Assembly (NCBI GenBank): GCA_024224295.1
Contig: JAAENN010000177.1
Coordinates: forward strand, 79-64,078
Length of the DNA stretch: 64,000 nucleotides
Direction: 5' to 3'
DNA from: Shimia sp.
GTDB taxonomy: Bacteria; Pseudomonadota; Alphaproteobacteria; Rhodobacterales; Rhodobacteraceae
Part shown: piece after piece, positions 48,085-57,724 of the stretch
Layout of the letters: the number at the start of each line of letters is the position of its first letter
How positions within the stretch are numbered: position 1 is the stretch's first letter
Notes under the pieces: model-generated
The model's database searches: none
What the model saw: the letters and a program-made list of their open reading frames with translations, nothing else
Told to the model about the DNA's origin: nothing
Made by a program: the position numbers and the translations under genes

Positions 48085-48111
48085 AAAGGCCCGCCGGAGG
48101 GGCGGGCCTTT
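48085..48111. terminator. Bidirectional terminator between convergent genes
   Basis: AAAGGCCCGCC-ggagg-GGCGGGCCTTT. Confidence 0.8.
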
Positions 48112-48129
48112 GAGGCTTTGATGTTTGTC

Positions 48130-49041
48130 TTACCGACCGCGAATGCGGGGGTCGAGCGCGTCACGTAGACCATCGCCAAGGTAGTTCACTGACAGCACGG
48201 TCAGCGAGATGCCCAATCCGGGCCAGAACACGCGTTCTGGGTAGTCTTGCAGATACTGTACAGCATCATTCAGCAAGCGGCCCCAGGTTGGGAAGTCTGG
48301 TGGGAAACCAAGGCCTAGGAAGGACAGCGCCGATTCCGTGATGATCGCGTTGGCGATCCCCAATGTGGCGGACACCATGATAGGCGACAGCACGTTGGGC
48401 AGGATGTGACGGGTGATCATGTTCTTGTTGGACGTCCCGATGGACCGGGCGGCCAGTACAAATTCACGCTCTTTCAGCGCCAACACATCACCACGCACAA
48501 TCCGCGCAGTGGGCATCCAAGACGTGACGCCGATGGCCACCACGATCAGGATAAAGATGCCGCGTTCCGGACCAACCGCTGAGGAAAGAGGTTCGCGGAA
48601 GAGCATCATCATCACCAGCAGAAGTGGCAGGATGGGCAGCGCAAGGAAAAGGTCGGTCAGGCGCATAAGTGGACCGTCAAGTTTCTTGAAGAACCCTGCG
48701 ATGATGCCCACAAAACTGCCTAAGCTCAGAGCCAGCAACATGGCGGTCAGGCCTACGGCAATTGAGGTTTGTCCTCCCGCCATCATCCGCGCAAGCAGGT
48801 CACGGCCCAGTTGGTCGGTGCCAAACGGGTGTGCAAGGCTTGGACCTTGGTTGCGCGCCCGGATGTCAATGTAGGTCGCGTCATATGGCCATAAAAGCGG
48901 GCCAATAAACACGCCAAACACGATGATCAGGAAGATGATGCCACCCAGCAAAGCGCCTTTGTGCGCCTTGAACTGGTGCCAAACGTCATACCACTGGCTG
49001 TGCGGTGGGGTGGCTGGCTCGGTGTTGGTGGTATCAGTCAT
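48130..49041 (-). CDS. Peptide/nickel ABC transporter permease (DppC-like)
   Basis: HPFGTDQLGRD, EFVLAARSIG, ESALSFLGLG. Start set to ATG 49041. Confidence 0.93.
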   Translation of the reverse strand: MTDTTNTEPATPPHSQWYDVWHQFKAHKGALLGGIIFLIIVFGVFIGPLLWPYDATYIDIRARNQGPSLAHPFGTDQLGRDLLARMMAGGQTSIAVGLTAMLLALSLGSFVGIIAGFFKKLDGPLMRLTDLFLALPILPLLLVMMMLFREPLSSAVGPERGIFILIVVAIGVTSWMPTARIVRGDVLALKEREFVLAARSIGTSNKNMITRHILPNVLSPIMVSATLGIANAIITESALSFLGLGFPPDFPTWGRLLNDAVQYLQDYPERVFWPGLGISLTVLSVNYLGDGLRDALDPRIRGR

Positions 49042-50041
49042 AGCGGATCCTCGGATCAAGAATGCCGTAGAGCACGTCTGCGATCAGGTTGAAGAAGACG
49101 ATCAGGAAAGCGAACATAAAGGTCAGCGTCTGCACGGTTGGCAGATCATTTGCCTGAATGGCTCCGATCAGCTGGGCGCCAATACCGTTCACAGAGAACA
49201 CTTGCTCAGTGATAATGGCGCCGCCGAAGATGGCTGGCAAACCCAGCGCAATCACGGTCACAACCGGGATCATCGAGTTGCGTAGCACGTGCACCAGCAC
49301 AACCACACGCTCGCTCAGGCCTTTGGCACGTGCAGTACGCACGTAGTCCTGATTGAGGTTGTCCAGCATCGAGGCGCGCATGTAGCGGCTGATCTGGGCG
49401 GTGGTTTGCAGGGCAAGTACCATTACCGGCATGATCATCTGGCGCAGCTGATAGACAAAGCTGTCCCAGTCTACCACCTCATGTGTGGTGTCATAGATGA
49501 ACGGGAACCAACCCAAATTCACCGAGAACAACACGATCACAAGTGGGCCGGTGAAAAACGGCGGGATGGAGTAGCCGATCATGGTGATGAAGGTACCAGC
49601 CTGATCGAACAGGGAATACTGCTTGTAAGCTGAGTAGATGCCAATTGGCAGCGCGATCAGGATGCCCACGATGTAGGACAGACCCACAACCCAAAGCGTT
49701 TGGGGCAGGCGCTCGACAACCACGTCCATCACAGGACCGCGGTGCTGCCAGCTGATGATACGCTGCTTACCTTCGGCAAAGGTGGTGCCAAACATGTGGT
49801 CAAACAGGATCTGAGGTTCCACCCAGAAGAACTGGACCAGCCATTTGTAGAATCTGATGTAGCCAGGTTCGCCAAGGCCAAGGGCCAGGCGCATTTTTTC
49901 TTTGACCTCTGGCGGTACGGTCAGGGGAACTTCTGCCATCGGGTCGCCCGGCGCGAGCTCAAGCAGGAGGAAGATGACAAGTGAGATAAAGAGCAACGTC
50001 GGGATCGCAAGGATCAGACGGCGTATGGTGAAGGTCAGCAT
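49034..50041 (-). CDS. Peptide/nickel ABC transporter permease (DppB-like)
   Basis: APGDP, ERLPQT, DYVRTARAKGL, GGAIITE. Confidence 0.93.
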   Translation of the reverse strand: MLTFTIRRLILAIPTLLFISLVIFLLLELAPGDPMAEVPLTVPPEVKEKMRLALGLGEPGYIRFYKWLVQFFWVEPQILFDHMFGTTFAEGKQRIISWQHRGPVMDVVVERLPQTLWVVGLSYIVGILIALPIGIYSAYKQYSLFDQAGTFITMIGYSIPPFFTGPLVIVLFSVNLGWFPFIYDTTHEVVDWDSFVYQLRQMIMPVMVLALQTTAQISRYMRASMLDNLNQDYVRTARAKGLSERVVVLVHVLRNSMIPVVTVIALGLPAIFGGAIITEQVFSVNGIGAQLIGAIQANDLPTVQTLTFMFAFLIVFFNLIADVLYGILDPRIRYD

Positions 50042-50115
50042 GAAAGCGCCTTTATGCGTCGTTTTTGTTGTTGAGCTCCGCGCAGTGACCTTACTGTGCG
50101 GGGCTTAATAGAGTT

Positions 50116-50139
50116 GGGGCGAGCTCGAAAGCTCGCCCC
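50116..50139 (-). other. Intercistronic hairpin after the peptide SBP gene
   Basis: GGGGCGAGC-tcgaaa-GCTCGCCCC. Confidence 0.65.
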
Positions 50140-50150
50140 TGATCGGTGAA

Positions 50151-51851
50151 TTACTTCACACGATGCCAGTCTGCAACATTCCACAGCTCGGAGTCCCAAA
50201 CGTTCAGGACAACGCCGCCCAGAGTGTTGGAGTGTGCCGAGACGCGGCCACGGTGCACGAGAGGCACAATGGTGTAGCTGTCTTTGGTCAGCATGTTGTT
50301 CATCTTCTTGGCGATTTCGCCGCGCTTCTCGATGTCACCGGTGCGTGCCAGTTCGTCGATCAGTGCGTCATACGCTGGATCACAGAAGCGGTTGATGTTC
50401 TCACCCTGCCACTGGGAAGATGGCTTTGGCTCGCCGCCACAACGGTACGCTGCAAGGTACTGCTGAGGGTCGGTGCCGTTGAAGGTGTTGGCATACATTT
50501 CCACGTCTGCGTAGAACTTCTGGAAGGTGTCTGGGGAACCAGCGTCACCACCGAAGAAGACAGATGCGGACAGGTTGCGCAGTTCGGTTTCAACGCCGAT
50601 CTCGCTCCACCACTGCTTAATCAGGGCTTGGAAGTCCTGACGCACAGCGTTTGTGGAAGTCTGATACTGGATGGACAGCTTTACGCCGTCTTTGGCGCGG
50701 ATACCGTCACCACCTTTAACCCAGCCAGCTTCGTCCAGCAGCGCGTTGGCGCCGGCGATGTCCTGAGTGGCACAGTAATCGTTGGCCGCTGCATAGTTCG
50801 CAGGCACAGGCACCAGATCACAGGTCACTTTACCAGCTTTGCCGTAGCCAATTTCAACCAGCAGTTCGCGATCGATCGCCATGGACAGCGCTTTACGAAC
50901 GTTGATGTCGGACAGGAATGGGTGTGGGTGAGCCACAGTCGCACGCTCGCCTTCCGGAAGATCGGAGGACGGGTTGGTCATGTTCATTTCCAGACGCTCA
51001 ACCAGCGGACCGAAGCCTGCGATGGCTTTGCCTTTGCCGCCTTCTTCCATCTTGGCGATCACATCGGGTGCCAGCTGGAGGTTCCATGCGTAGTCAAATT
51101 CGCCGGTTTCCAGAACCGCACGACCAGCACCAGTTGCATCTCCGCCACCTTTGAAGGTCACAGTTGCAAACGCTGGCTTGGACGCGTCACGGTAGTTCGG
51201 GTTTGCTTCGTACTGGATCACGTCGTTGGTTTTGAAGTCAGTTACAACGAACGGGCCGGTACCGATTGGGCCAAAGTTCTCAGCGGTACACTCAGGAGCC
51301 TTGGCGCCTGTGCAATTCTCGAACTGAGCTTTCTGGATGATTGGCGACTGACCGCCAACAAATGGACCATATGGGTTTGGCTTAGGCTGGTTGAAGGTCA
51401 CTTTGACGGTTTTGTCGTCCAGTGCTTCGATGTTTTCAACGCCGTCAAAGAAAGCTGCCTGTGCACAACCGCCTTCTGGGTGCATGCAGTACTCGCCGGT
51501 GAAGACAACGTCAGCGGAGGTCACTGCGGAACCATCGGACCAAACCATGCCGTCAGCGATGGTCCAAGTGATGGTTGTCAGGTCCTCAGATACGCCGCCG
51601 TTTGCTACGGTTGGGATATCAGCTGCCAGGAACGGAACCATTTTGCCGGTTTCGTCGTAACGTGCCAGAGGTTCCAGGGTGAGGGAGGCGGATTCAACGT
51701 CCTTGGTACCGGAAGACAGGTACGGGTTCAGGATGGATGGCGCCTGCCAATAAATAATGTTCACGTGGCCGTCCGAACCGCGCTCTGCCATGGCTGCTGG
51801 GGCCATCACAAATGCTGCTGCGGCGCCAAGCATCAAAGTCTTTGCTTTCAT
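50151..51851 (-). CDS. Peptide ABC substrate-binding protein (family 5)
   Basis: Signal peptide; WSDGSAVTSADVVFT, IGTGPF, VRKALSMAIDR. Confidence 0.93.
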   Translation of the reverse strand: MKAKTLMLGAAAAFVMAPAAMAERGSDGHVNIIYWQAPSILNPYLSSGTKDVESASLTLEPLARYDETGKMVPFLAADIPTVANGGVSEDLTTITWTIADGMVWSDGSAVTSADVVFTGEYCMHPEGGCAQAAFFDGVENIEALDDKTVKVTFNQPKPNPYGPFVGGQSPIIQKAQFENCTGAKAPECTAENFGPIGTGPFVVTDFKTNDVIQYEANPNYRDASKPAFATVTFKGGGDATGAGRAVLETGEFDYAWNLQLAPDVIAKMEEGGKGKAIAGFGPLVERLEMNMTNPSSDLPEGERATVAHPHPFLSDINVRKALSMAIDRELLVEIGYGKAGKVTCDLVPVPANYAAANDYCATQDIAGANALLDEAGWVKGGDGIRAKDGVKLSIQYQTSTNAVRQDFQALIKQWWSEIGVETELRNLSASVFFGGDAGSPDTFQKFYADVEMYANTFNGTDPQQYLAAYRCGGEPKPSSQWQGENINRFCDPAYDALIDELARTGDIEKRGEIAKKMNNMLTKDSYTIVPLVHRGRVSAHSNTLGGVVLNVWDSELWNVADWHRVK

Positions 51852-52151
51852 GTCTCACTCCATGTTGTTGCACGCGTGAGGCGTGCTTTTAGGTGGATTG
51901 TCTCCACCCGGTTTTTTGGTTGTCTGGAGAAGGCGCAAATGAACTCATTTGCGGTTTCACAAAGTGAAAAAGTCGGACTCCCCTCAGACTGCAGTCATCA
52001 CAGACCAGTGAGGGTAAAATTGCAAGGGGCCAAATTGAATAAATGTTCATTCAGGGTCGGAATCTGGGTCTACATGGTTTGACCATTGCATTTATGGGCG
52101 ATAGCTTCGCGACGAGGGACAACAAAAACAAGAGTAAGGGGAGTCACCTTC

Positions 52152-53972
52152 ATGTTGGACAACGCCATTGCGTCAATCGAGAATCTGCGAGTCGAGTTCC
52201 AGACCAAGGACGGGCCCGTGGTGGGCGTGGAGGATGTGTCCTTCAAGGTGAACCCAGGCGAAACCGTTTGTATCGTTGGAGAATCCGGCTCCGGTAAATC
52301 GGTGTCTTCTCTATCGCTCATGCGTTTGGTTGAGTTTGGCGGCGGTGACATTGCGGGCGGTAGGCTGCTGTTTGATCGCAAGGATGCGGAGGATGTGGAC
52401 CTTTCCCAGGCCGATCAGGACCTGATGCGCACGATTCGCGGTAACGAGATCGGCATGATCTTCCAGGAGCCGATGACCGCATTGAACCCTGTGTTCACCG
52501 TGGGGCGTCAGTTGACCGAAGGGTTGCGGCTGCACAAAAAACTATCAAAGTCTGCTGCAGAAGCGCGCGCAATTGAATTGTTGCGTGAAGTGCGTATTCC
52601 GGAACCTGAACGCCGATTGAACCAGTATCCGCACGAATTGTCCGGCGGGATGCGCCAGCGTGTTGTGATCGCGATGGCGATGGCCTGTGAGCCGCGCCTG
52701 CTGATTGCGGATGAACCCACCACTGCGCTAGACGTTACTATTCAGGCGGAAATCCTGGCGCTGATGGATCGTTTGAAGCGTGAAACCGGCACGGCTGTGA
52801 TGTTCATCACCCACGACATGGCGGTTGTGGCGCAGATGGCGGACCGCGTAGTTGTAATGTTCCGCGGAAATAAGGTCGAAGAAGGCACGGTCGAGGAAAT
52901 CTTCGAGAACCCGACGCACGATTATACAAAGGCGTTGTTGGCGGCAGTACCAAAGTTGGGTGAGATGCGCGGGACCGATGTGCCAAGCCCAATGAAGCTG
53001 TTTGGCGACAATACTCACAATACGGATCCGATCCCAGGCACTGATGAGGTCATTCTTGAGGTGAAAAACCTCGTGACCCGCTTCCCAGTGAAAGGTGGCT
53101 TGATGCGCCGCACCGTGGCTAACGTGCACGCCGTTGAGGATTTGTCGTTCACGGTGAACAAGGGCCAAACCCTTTCGCTTGTTGGGGAGTCCGGATGTGG
53201 TAAGTCAACGGCGGGCCGCTCTCTTCTGCGCTTGGTTGAGCCAACGTCCGGTGAGGTGACCTTTGATGGGCAGGACATCATTTCTTTGAACTCCAAGGAA
53301 ATGCACGCGGCGCGTCAGGAGATGCAGATGATCTTTCAGGATCCGTTTGCCTCGTTAAACCCGCAGATGATGTTGCAGGATCAAGTGTCCGAGCCAATGC
53401 GCAATTATGGCACGCATTCTGGTAAGGAGCTGCAAAAACGTGTCGAGATGCTGTTTGACCGTGTGGAACTTCCGCGCAGCTTCATGCGCCGTTACCCACA
53501 TGAGATGTCAGGTGGTCAGCGCCAGCGGATCGCAATTGCCCGCGCGTTGGCCCTGAACCCGAAGCTGATTGTGTCGGATGAAGCGGTCTCCGCTCTTGAT
53601 GTATCGGTGCAGGCGCAGGTGTTGAACTTGATGATGGAACTGCAGGCCGAGTTGGGGATTTCCTATGTGTTCATCAGCCACGATATGGCGGTTGTGGAAC
53701 GCGTGAGCCACCATGTGGGCGTGATGTACCTGGGCCGGATCGTAGAAATTGGACCGCGCCGCGCGGTGTTCGAAAATCCGCAGCACCCTTATACGCAGGC
53801 GCTTATGAAGGCGGTTCCGATTGCTGATCCGCGTCAGCGCAAGTCCGAAAAAGACCTGAACTTTAGCCCAATTCCGTCGCCCATTCACCCTGTTGGCTAT
53901 GAGGCTGCACCGTCGGAATATAAAGAGGTTGGTCCAGGCCACAAAGTTCTGATCACCGACAGCGGGTATTAA
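52152..53972 (+). CDS. Peptide ABC transporter ATP-binding protein (two fused ATPase domains)
   Basis: Two GESG(S/C)GKS Walker A motifs, YPHELSGG, YPHEMSGG. Start set to ATG 52152. Confidence 0.94.
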   Translation: MLDNAIASIENLRVEFQTKDGPVVGVEDVSFKVNPGETVCIVGESGSGKSVSSLSLMRLVEFGGGDIAGGRLLFDRKDAEDVDLSQADQDLMRTIRGNEIGMIFQEPMTALNPVFTVGRQLTEGLRLHKKLSKSAAEARAIELLREVRIPEPERRLNQYPHELSGGMRQRVVIAMAMACEPRLLIADEPTTALDVTIQAEILALMDRLKRETGTAVMFITHDMAVVAQMADRVVVMFRGNKVEEGTVEEIFENPTHDYTKALLAAVPKLGEMRGTDVPSPMKLFGDNTHNTDPIPGTDEVILEVKNLVTRFPVKGGLMRRTVANVHAVEDLSFTVNKGQTLSLVGESGCGKSTAGRSLLRLVEPTSGEVTFDGQDIISLNSKEMHAARQEMQMIFQDPFASLNPQMMLQDQVSEPMRNYGTHSGKELQKRVEMLFDRVELPRSFMRRYPHEMSGGQRQRIAIARALALNPKLIVSDEAVSALDVSVQAQVLNLMMELQAELGISYVFISHDMAVVERVSHHVGVMYLGRIVEIGPRRAVFENPQHPYTQALMKAVPIADPRQRKSEKDLNFSPIPSPIHPVGYEAAPSEYKEVGPGHKVLITDSGY

Positions 53973-53976
53973 GCGC

Positions 53977-55140
53977 ATGGCGGAGCGTTTGAGCCCGCGG
54001 GCTATTTTAGATAAGCTGGTGTCGTTTCCGACTGTGTCGAGCGACACCAATCTGCCATTGATTGAATGGGTGCAAGACTATCTGACCTCGCATGGCATAG
54101 AGAGCCATCAGCATCCGCATGAGACCGATCCGGCTAAGGCCGGACTGGTCGCCCATGTCGGGCCGCATGTTGACGGCGCGATTGTGCTTTCCGGTCATAC
54201 GGATGTAGTGCCGGTCGAGGGCCAGCCTTGGTCCACCGATCCTTTTGAGGTGGTAGAAAAAGACGGTAAGCTCTTTGGCCGTGGCACCTGTGATATGAAG
54301 GGCTTTGATGCTTTGGCGGTCTGGGCCATTGTTGACGGCCACTACGGCGACCTCAAACGTCCGCTTCAACTGGCGCTTTCTTATGACGAAGAGATCGGCT
54401 GTACCGGCGCTGCGCCGTTGATTGAGGCCATGAATAGGCACTTCCCTAAAGGCTCTGCCACGATTGTGGGGGAGCCATCGATGATGGGCGCGGTGACAGG
54501 TCACAAGGGCGGGCAGGGGTTCAATGTACATGTACGTGGCTTTGAGGTGCACAGTTCGCTGATGCACACTGGTGTGAACGCGATCATGTATGGCGCCAAG
54601 CTAATTGAGTGGGCCAACGAGATGAACGTTGAAAACCGCGCCAAAGAGGCCGGGCCGGTGGCTGCGACGTTTGAGCCGCCATGGACCACAGTACATGTTG
54701 GCGTGATTGAAGGCGGTACTGCCCATAATATCACCGCGTTGGATTGCCGCTTTGGGCTCGATTTCCGGATTGTGCCGGATGAAAGCCGAGATGACTGGAT
54801 CGCGCGCTTCAAAGCCAAGGTGGCCGAAGTTGAGGCCGAGATGCAGGCGGTGGTGCCTGAGAGTCATATTGCGGTTCAGGAGAAGTTCTACGTGCCTGGT
54901 CTGATGCCGGAAGAGGCAGGCGAGGCGGAAGCCTTGGTGCGTCAGTTAACCGGGGACAATGCCAGCCGGGTGGTCAGCTACGGCACCGAGGGTGGGCATT
55001 TTCAGGATGCGAGCTATTCGACCGTGATTTGTGGCCCCGGTGACATTGCACAGGCACATCAGCCGGACGAGTTTTTGTCGGTAGCTCAGTTTGAGGCCGG
55101 GCAGGGCTTTATGCAAAAGCTGATTGTCGCGTGTTCCTGA
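53977..55140 (+). CDS. argE: Acetylornithine deacetylase (M20A)
   Basis: LSGHTDVVP, GRGTCDMKG, YDEEIGC, GEPS, AHQPDE. Confidence 0.88.
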   Translation: MAERLSPRAILDKLVSFPTVSSDTNLPLIEWVQDYLTSHGIESHQHPHETDPAKAGLVAHVGPHVDGAIVLSGHTDVVPVEGQPWSTDPFEVVEKDGKLFGRGTCDMKGFDALAVWAIVDGHYGDLKRPLQLALSYDEEIGCTGAAPLIEAMNRHFPKGSATIVGEPSMMGAVTGHKGGQGFNVHVRGFEVHSSLMHTGVNAIMYGAKLIEWANEMNVENRAKEAGPVAATFEPPWTTVHVGVIEGGTAHNITALDCRFGLDFRIVPDESRDDWIARFKAKVAEVEAEMQAVVPESHIAVQEKFYVPGLMPEEAGEAEALVRQLTGDNASRVVSYGTEGGHFQDASYSTVICGPGDIAQAHQPDEFLSVAQFEAGQGFMQKLIVACS

Positions 55141-55299
55141 GGCATTGCCAAAGGGTGACGAAATTGACCGAAATGAACGGTTAATGCCTGTCAAATTTTA
55201 ACCATGGTCCCAGAAACCCGCCTTTTTCCCTCTTCGAGGGGCTTGGCGGGTTAAAAACCTGTTGGTAACGTCAAAGGCAATCACAGGTGTTGGAGTGCC

Positions 55300-56121
55300 A
55301 TGCGTCATAGTCTTCCTATCGTTCCGCAGTTTTATGTGACCGCCCCACAGCCGTGCCCGTATCTGGACGGCCGGATGGAGCGTAAGCTGTTCACGGCGCT
55401 GCAAGGGGACAACGCGACAGCGTTGAACGACTCTCTTTCACAACAAGGCTTTCGACGTTCACAAAACGTGCTCTACCGGCCATCTTGCACCGACTGTAAC
55501 GCCTGTATGTCAGCGCGGATTGATGTGTCAAAATTCTCGGCGACCAAAAGTCAGCGCCGGGCTGCGCGTCGCAATGCGCATCTGCAGCGCCGCGCCACGT
55601 CGCCCTGGGCAACAGAGGAGCAATTTGACTTGTTCCGCCGCTATCTGGACAGCCGCCATGCGGAAGGCGGCATGGCGGATATGGATGTTTTTGAGTTTGC
55701 AGCGATGATTGAGGAAACTCCTATCCGCAGCCGCGTGGTGGAGTACTCTGATCAGGAGGGCGAACACTTGATTGGAGTGTGCCTGACCGACGTGCTCGAA
55801 GACGGTGTGAGCATGGTTTATTCGTTTTACGATCCAGAAATGAGCCGCACGTCTTTGGGGACGTTCCTGATCTTAGACCATATTGAAATCGCCCGAGAGG
55901 CGGGCCTGCCGTATGTCTACCTGGGCTATTGGGTGCCGGGCAGTCAGAAGATGGGCTACAAAGCCAAGTTTTCTGGTCTGGAGGTCTTTGTTGGCGGCAA
56001 GTGGCAGGTGATGAACGATCCTGAAGACTTCGGTCAAGATCACCACCCACTGTCGTCTCCGCCAATAGCCGAACAAGTGGCGAATATTTCCCTCCCTGAT
56101 GTCCATGGTCACAAAGTGTAA
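55300..56121 (+). CDS. bpt: Bacterial Asp/Glu leucyltransferase (ATE1-like, often annotated arginyltransferase)
   Basis: [43 protein letters not shown]. Confidence 0.88.
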   Translation: MRHSLPIVPQFYVTAPQPCPYLDGRMERKLFTALQGDNATALNDSLSQQGFRRSQNVLYRPSCTDCNACMSARIDVSKFSATKSQRRAARRNAHLQRRATSPWATEEQFDLFRRYLDSRHAEGGMADMDVFEFAAMIEETPIRSRVVEYSDQEGEHLIGVCLTDVLEDGVSMVYSFYDPEMSRTSLGTFLILDHIEIAREAGLPYVYLGYWVPGSQKMGYKAKFSGLEVFVGGKWQVMNDPEDFGQDHHPLSSPPIAEQVANISLPDVHGHKV

Positions 56122-56511
56122 ATGGCCCGACATTTGCATGCTGTTGCACTTGTGGTGCCAGACTACGATCTGGCGCTTGAGTTCTATGTTCAAACTTTGA
56201 GATTTGTGTTGCGTAAAGACCTGCGCCTTTCCGATGAAAAACGGTGGGTTGTAATCGCACCAGATGAGGCCTGTGCGACCAACATTCTGCTGGCAAGGGC
56301 GAAAGATGATGTACAAGCGGCGGCGATAGGCAACCAGTTTGGCGGCCGTGTGGGGTTGTTTCTGCACACTGATGATTTTGATCGCGAACATGCCGTTATG
56401 ACGGCAGCGGGTGTGTGTTTTGAAGAGGAACCTCGAGTAGAGGAATACGGCAAAGTCGCCGTCTGGCGCGATCCTTTTGGCAATCGCTGGGATTTGTTGC
56501 AGTTGACTTAA
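56122..56511 (+). CDS. VOC/glyoxalase family protein
   Basis: LVVPDYDLALEFY, RWVVIAP, YGKVAVWRDPFGNRWD. Confidence 0.92.
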   Translation: MARHLHAVALVVPDYDLALEFYVQTLRFVLRKDLRLSDEKRWVVIAPDEACATNILLARAKDDVQAAAIGNQFGGRVGLFLHTDDFDREHAVMTAAGVCFEEEPRVEEYGKVAVWRDPFGNRWDLLQLT

Positions 56512-56543
56512 GCATCATGACAATCACGGCCCAAGAGACAGAG

Positions 56544-56567
56544 AAAAGAGGGGGCACGCCCCTCTTT
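56544..56567. terminator. Hairpin between the convergent VOC and nuclease genes
   Basis: AAAGAGGGG-gcacg-CCCCTCTTT. Confidence 0.65.
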
Positions 56568-56599
56568 AATTGCAAAAACTAGCCCGTGTATACGACGCT

Positions 56600-57499
56600 T
56601 TAGGCGCTCAACAGGTCCACAATTTTGTCGATGGTATCAGCTTTGCGATCCGCCACCCTTGCGCCAATTCCCATTTCGAGAGCAATTTTGACAACGTCGC
56701 TTTCAGGCATTTTGGACAAAGAAGCGCGGGTGTGTTTGCCTTGTGGTGCCGTTTGTTTCTTCCACATTTTGCCAGCAGTGCGTTTCTGATCGTGCAGATC
56801 GCCACCAGAAACCCGGTCCCAGAACCGACCGCCCACATATTGTTCGGCATCATAGGTTTTCACCAAAAATGAGCCAAGGTCTTTTTCCTGCGCCTCATTA
56901 TCGATTTTGAAGGTCCAAAGTTTGAAGCCGCCGTTTTTGTGCTCGGCGAAGACACTTTTGACAAACCCATGTGGGATAGGGATATCGATCCCATGTTTTG
57001 ATTGCCTGTCACCTATGGTCTCTATGGGTTTCCCAAAATCGAATACAGGTGCGGTGAGCACATAGGTTTCTAGAATGTCATCATGAGAGTCCAGCTCGCG
57101 GACGGCCTCCTCCAGCTTGCGCCAGATCTTGCGGTTAAATTCCGGGGCTTGCGGAGACATGTTGGACAGCAGGAAGGTCTCACTGTTTTGTAGCACGGTT
57201 TCGCGCAAGTCTGCGCTGGCCACCAGATGTCCACGATCGTAACCGCTGCCTTTATACGCTCCTAAGCTGGCCCGAAAGCGCCACGGGATACGTTGATCGG
57301 CTCGAAAGTTATCCAGCCTGTCCCCGTCTGCGTATTCAACGTCCAGCAGCCTCTCCAGCGGGTTGATGATCTCCAGAACCCATTTGGCTTGTCTGAAGTA
57401 CCAAGAGTACCCAATGGTGAAGTGCCGGCCTGTGAGAATTTGATCACTGACCGGAGCGCCGTAACGCAGTTCGCGTTGCATTTGAAATGGATCATTCAT
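56600..57499 (-). CDS. DNA/RNA non-specific endonuclease (NucA/EndoG family) with a C-terminal Rho-N-like domain, no signal peptide
   Basis: YDRGHL, TFLLSNMSPQ, FNRKIWRKLE; GGGAG RBS; C-terminal LSKMPESDVVKIALEMGI...RKADTIDKI. Confidence 0.88.
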   Translation of the reverse strand: MNDPFQMQRELRYGAPVSDQILTGRHFTIGYSWYFRQAKWVLEIINPLERLLDVEYADGDRLDNFRADQRIPWRFRASLGAYKGSGYDRGHLVASADLRETVLQNSETFLLSNMSPQAPEFNRKIWRKLEEAVRELDSHDDILETYVLTAPVFDFGKPIETIGDRQSKHGIDIPIPHGFVKSVFAEHKNGGFKLWTFKIDNEAQEKDLGSFLVKTYDAEQYVGGRFWDRVSGGDLHDQKRTAGKMWKKQTAPQGKHTRASLSKMPESDVVKIALEMGIGARVADRKADTIDKIVDLLSA

Positions 57500-57639
57500 T
57501 CTGAAGTCTCCCGAAAAAAATTGATTGAAAAGTGTCCTCTTAAAACGAAATCAGCTTAGGCCCAAATTCCCTAAGGGAAAAGGGTTGGCTGTGTTGAATG
57601 CTTGCATAGCCATGCGAAATAGGGCTTTGGGCGTGTCAT

Positions 57640-57673
57640 AAAAAAACGCGGCGCCGGAAGGCTCCGCGTTTTC
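57640..57673 (-). terminator. Intrinsic terminator of the orphan SBP gene (copy 1 of a duplicated terminator)
   Basis: AAAAAAACGCGGCGCCGGAAGGCTCCGCGTTTT. Confidence 0.75.
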
Positions 57674-57724
57674 TGTTTGTGACGCTCTGTCCGTGAAAGA
57701 CAACGCAGATGAAGCTGGCAAGAC

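Noticed and set aside
50163-52082. 639-aa plus-strand ORF
   Set aside because: Antisense shadow of the peptide SBP gene; no motifs or RBS
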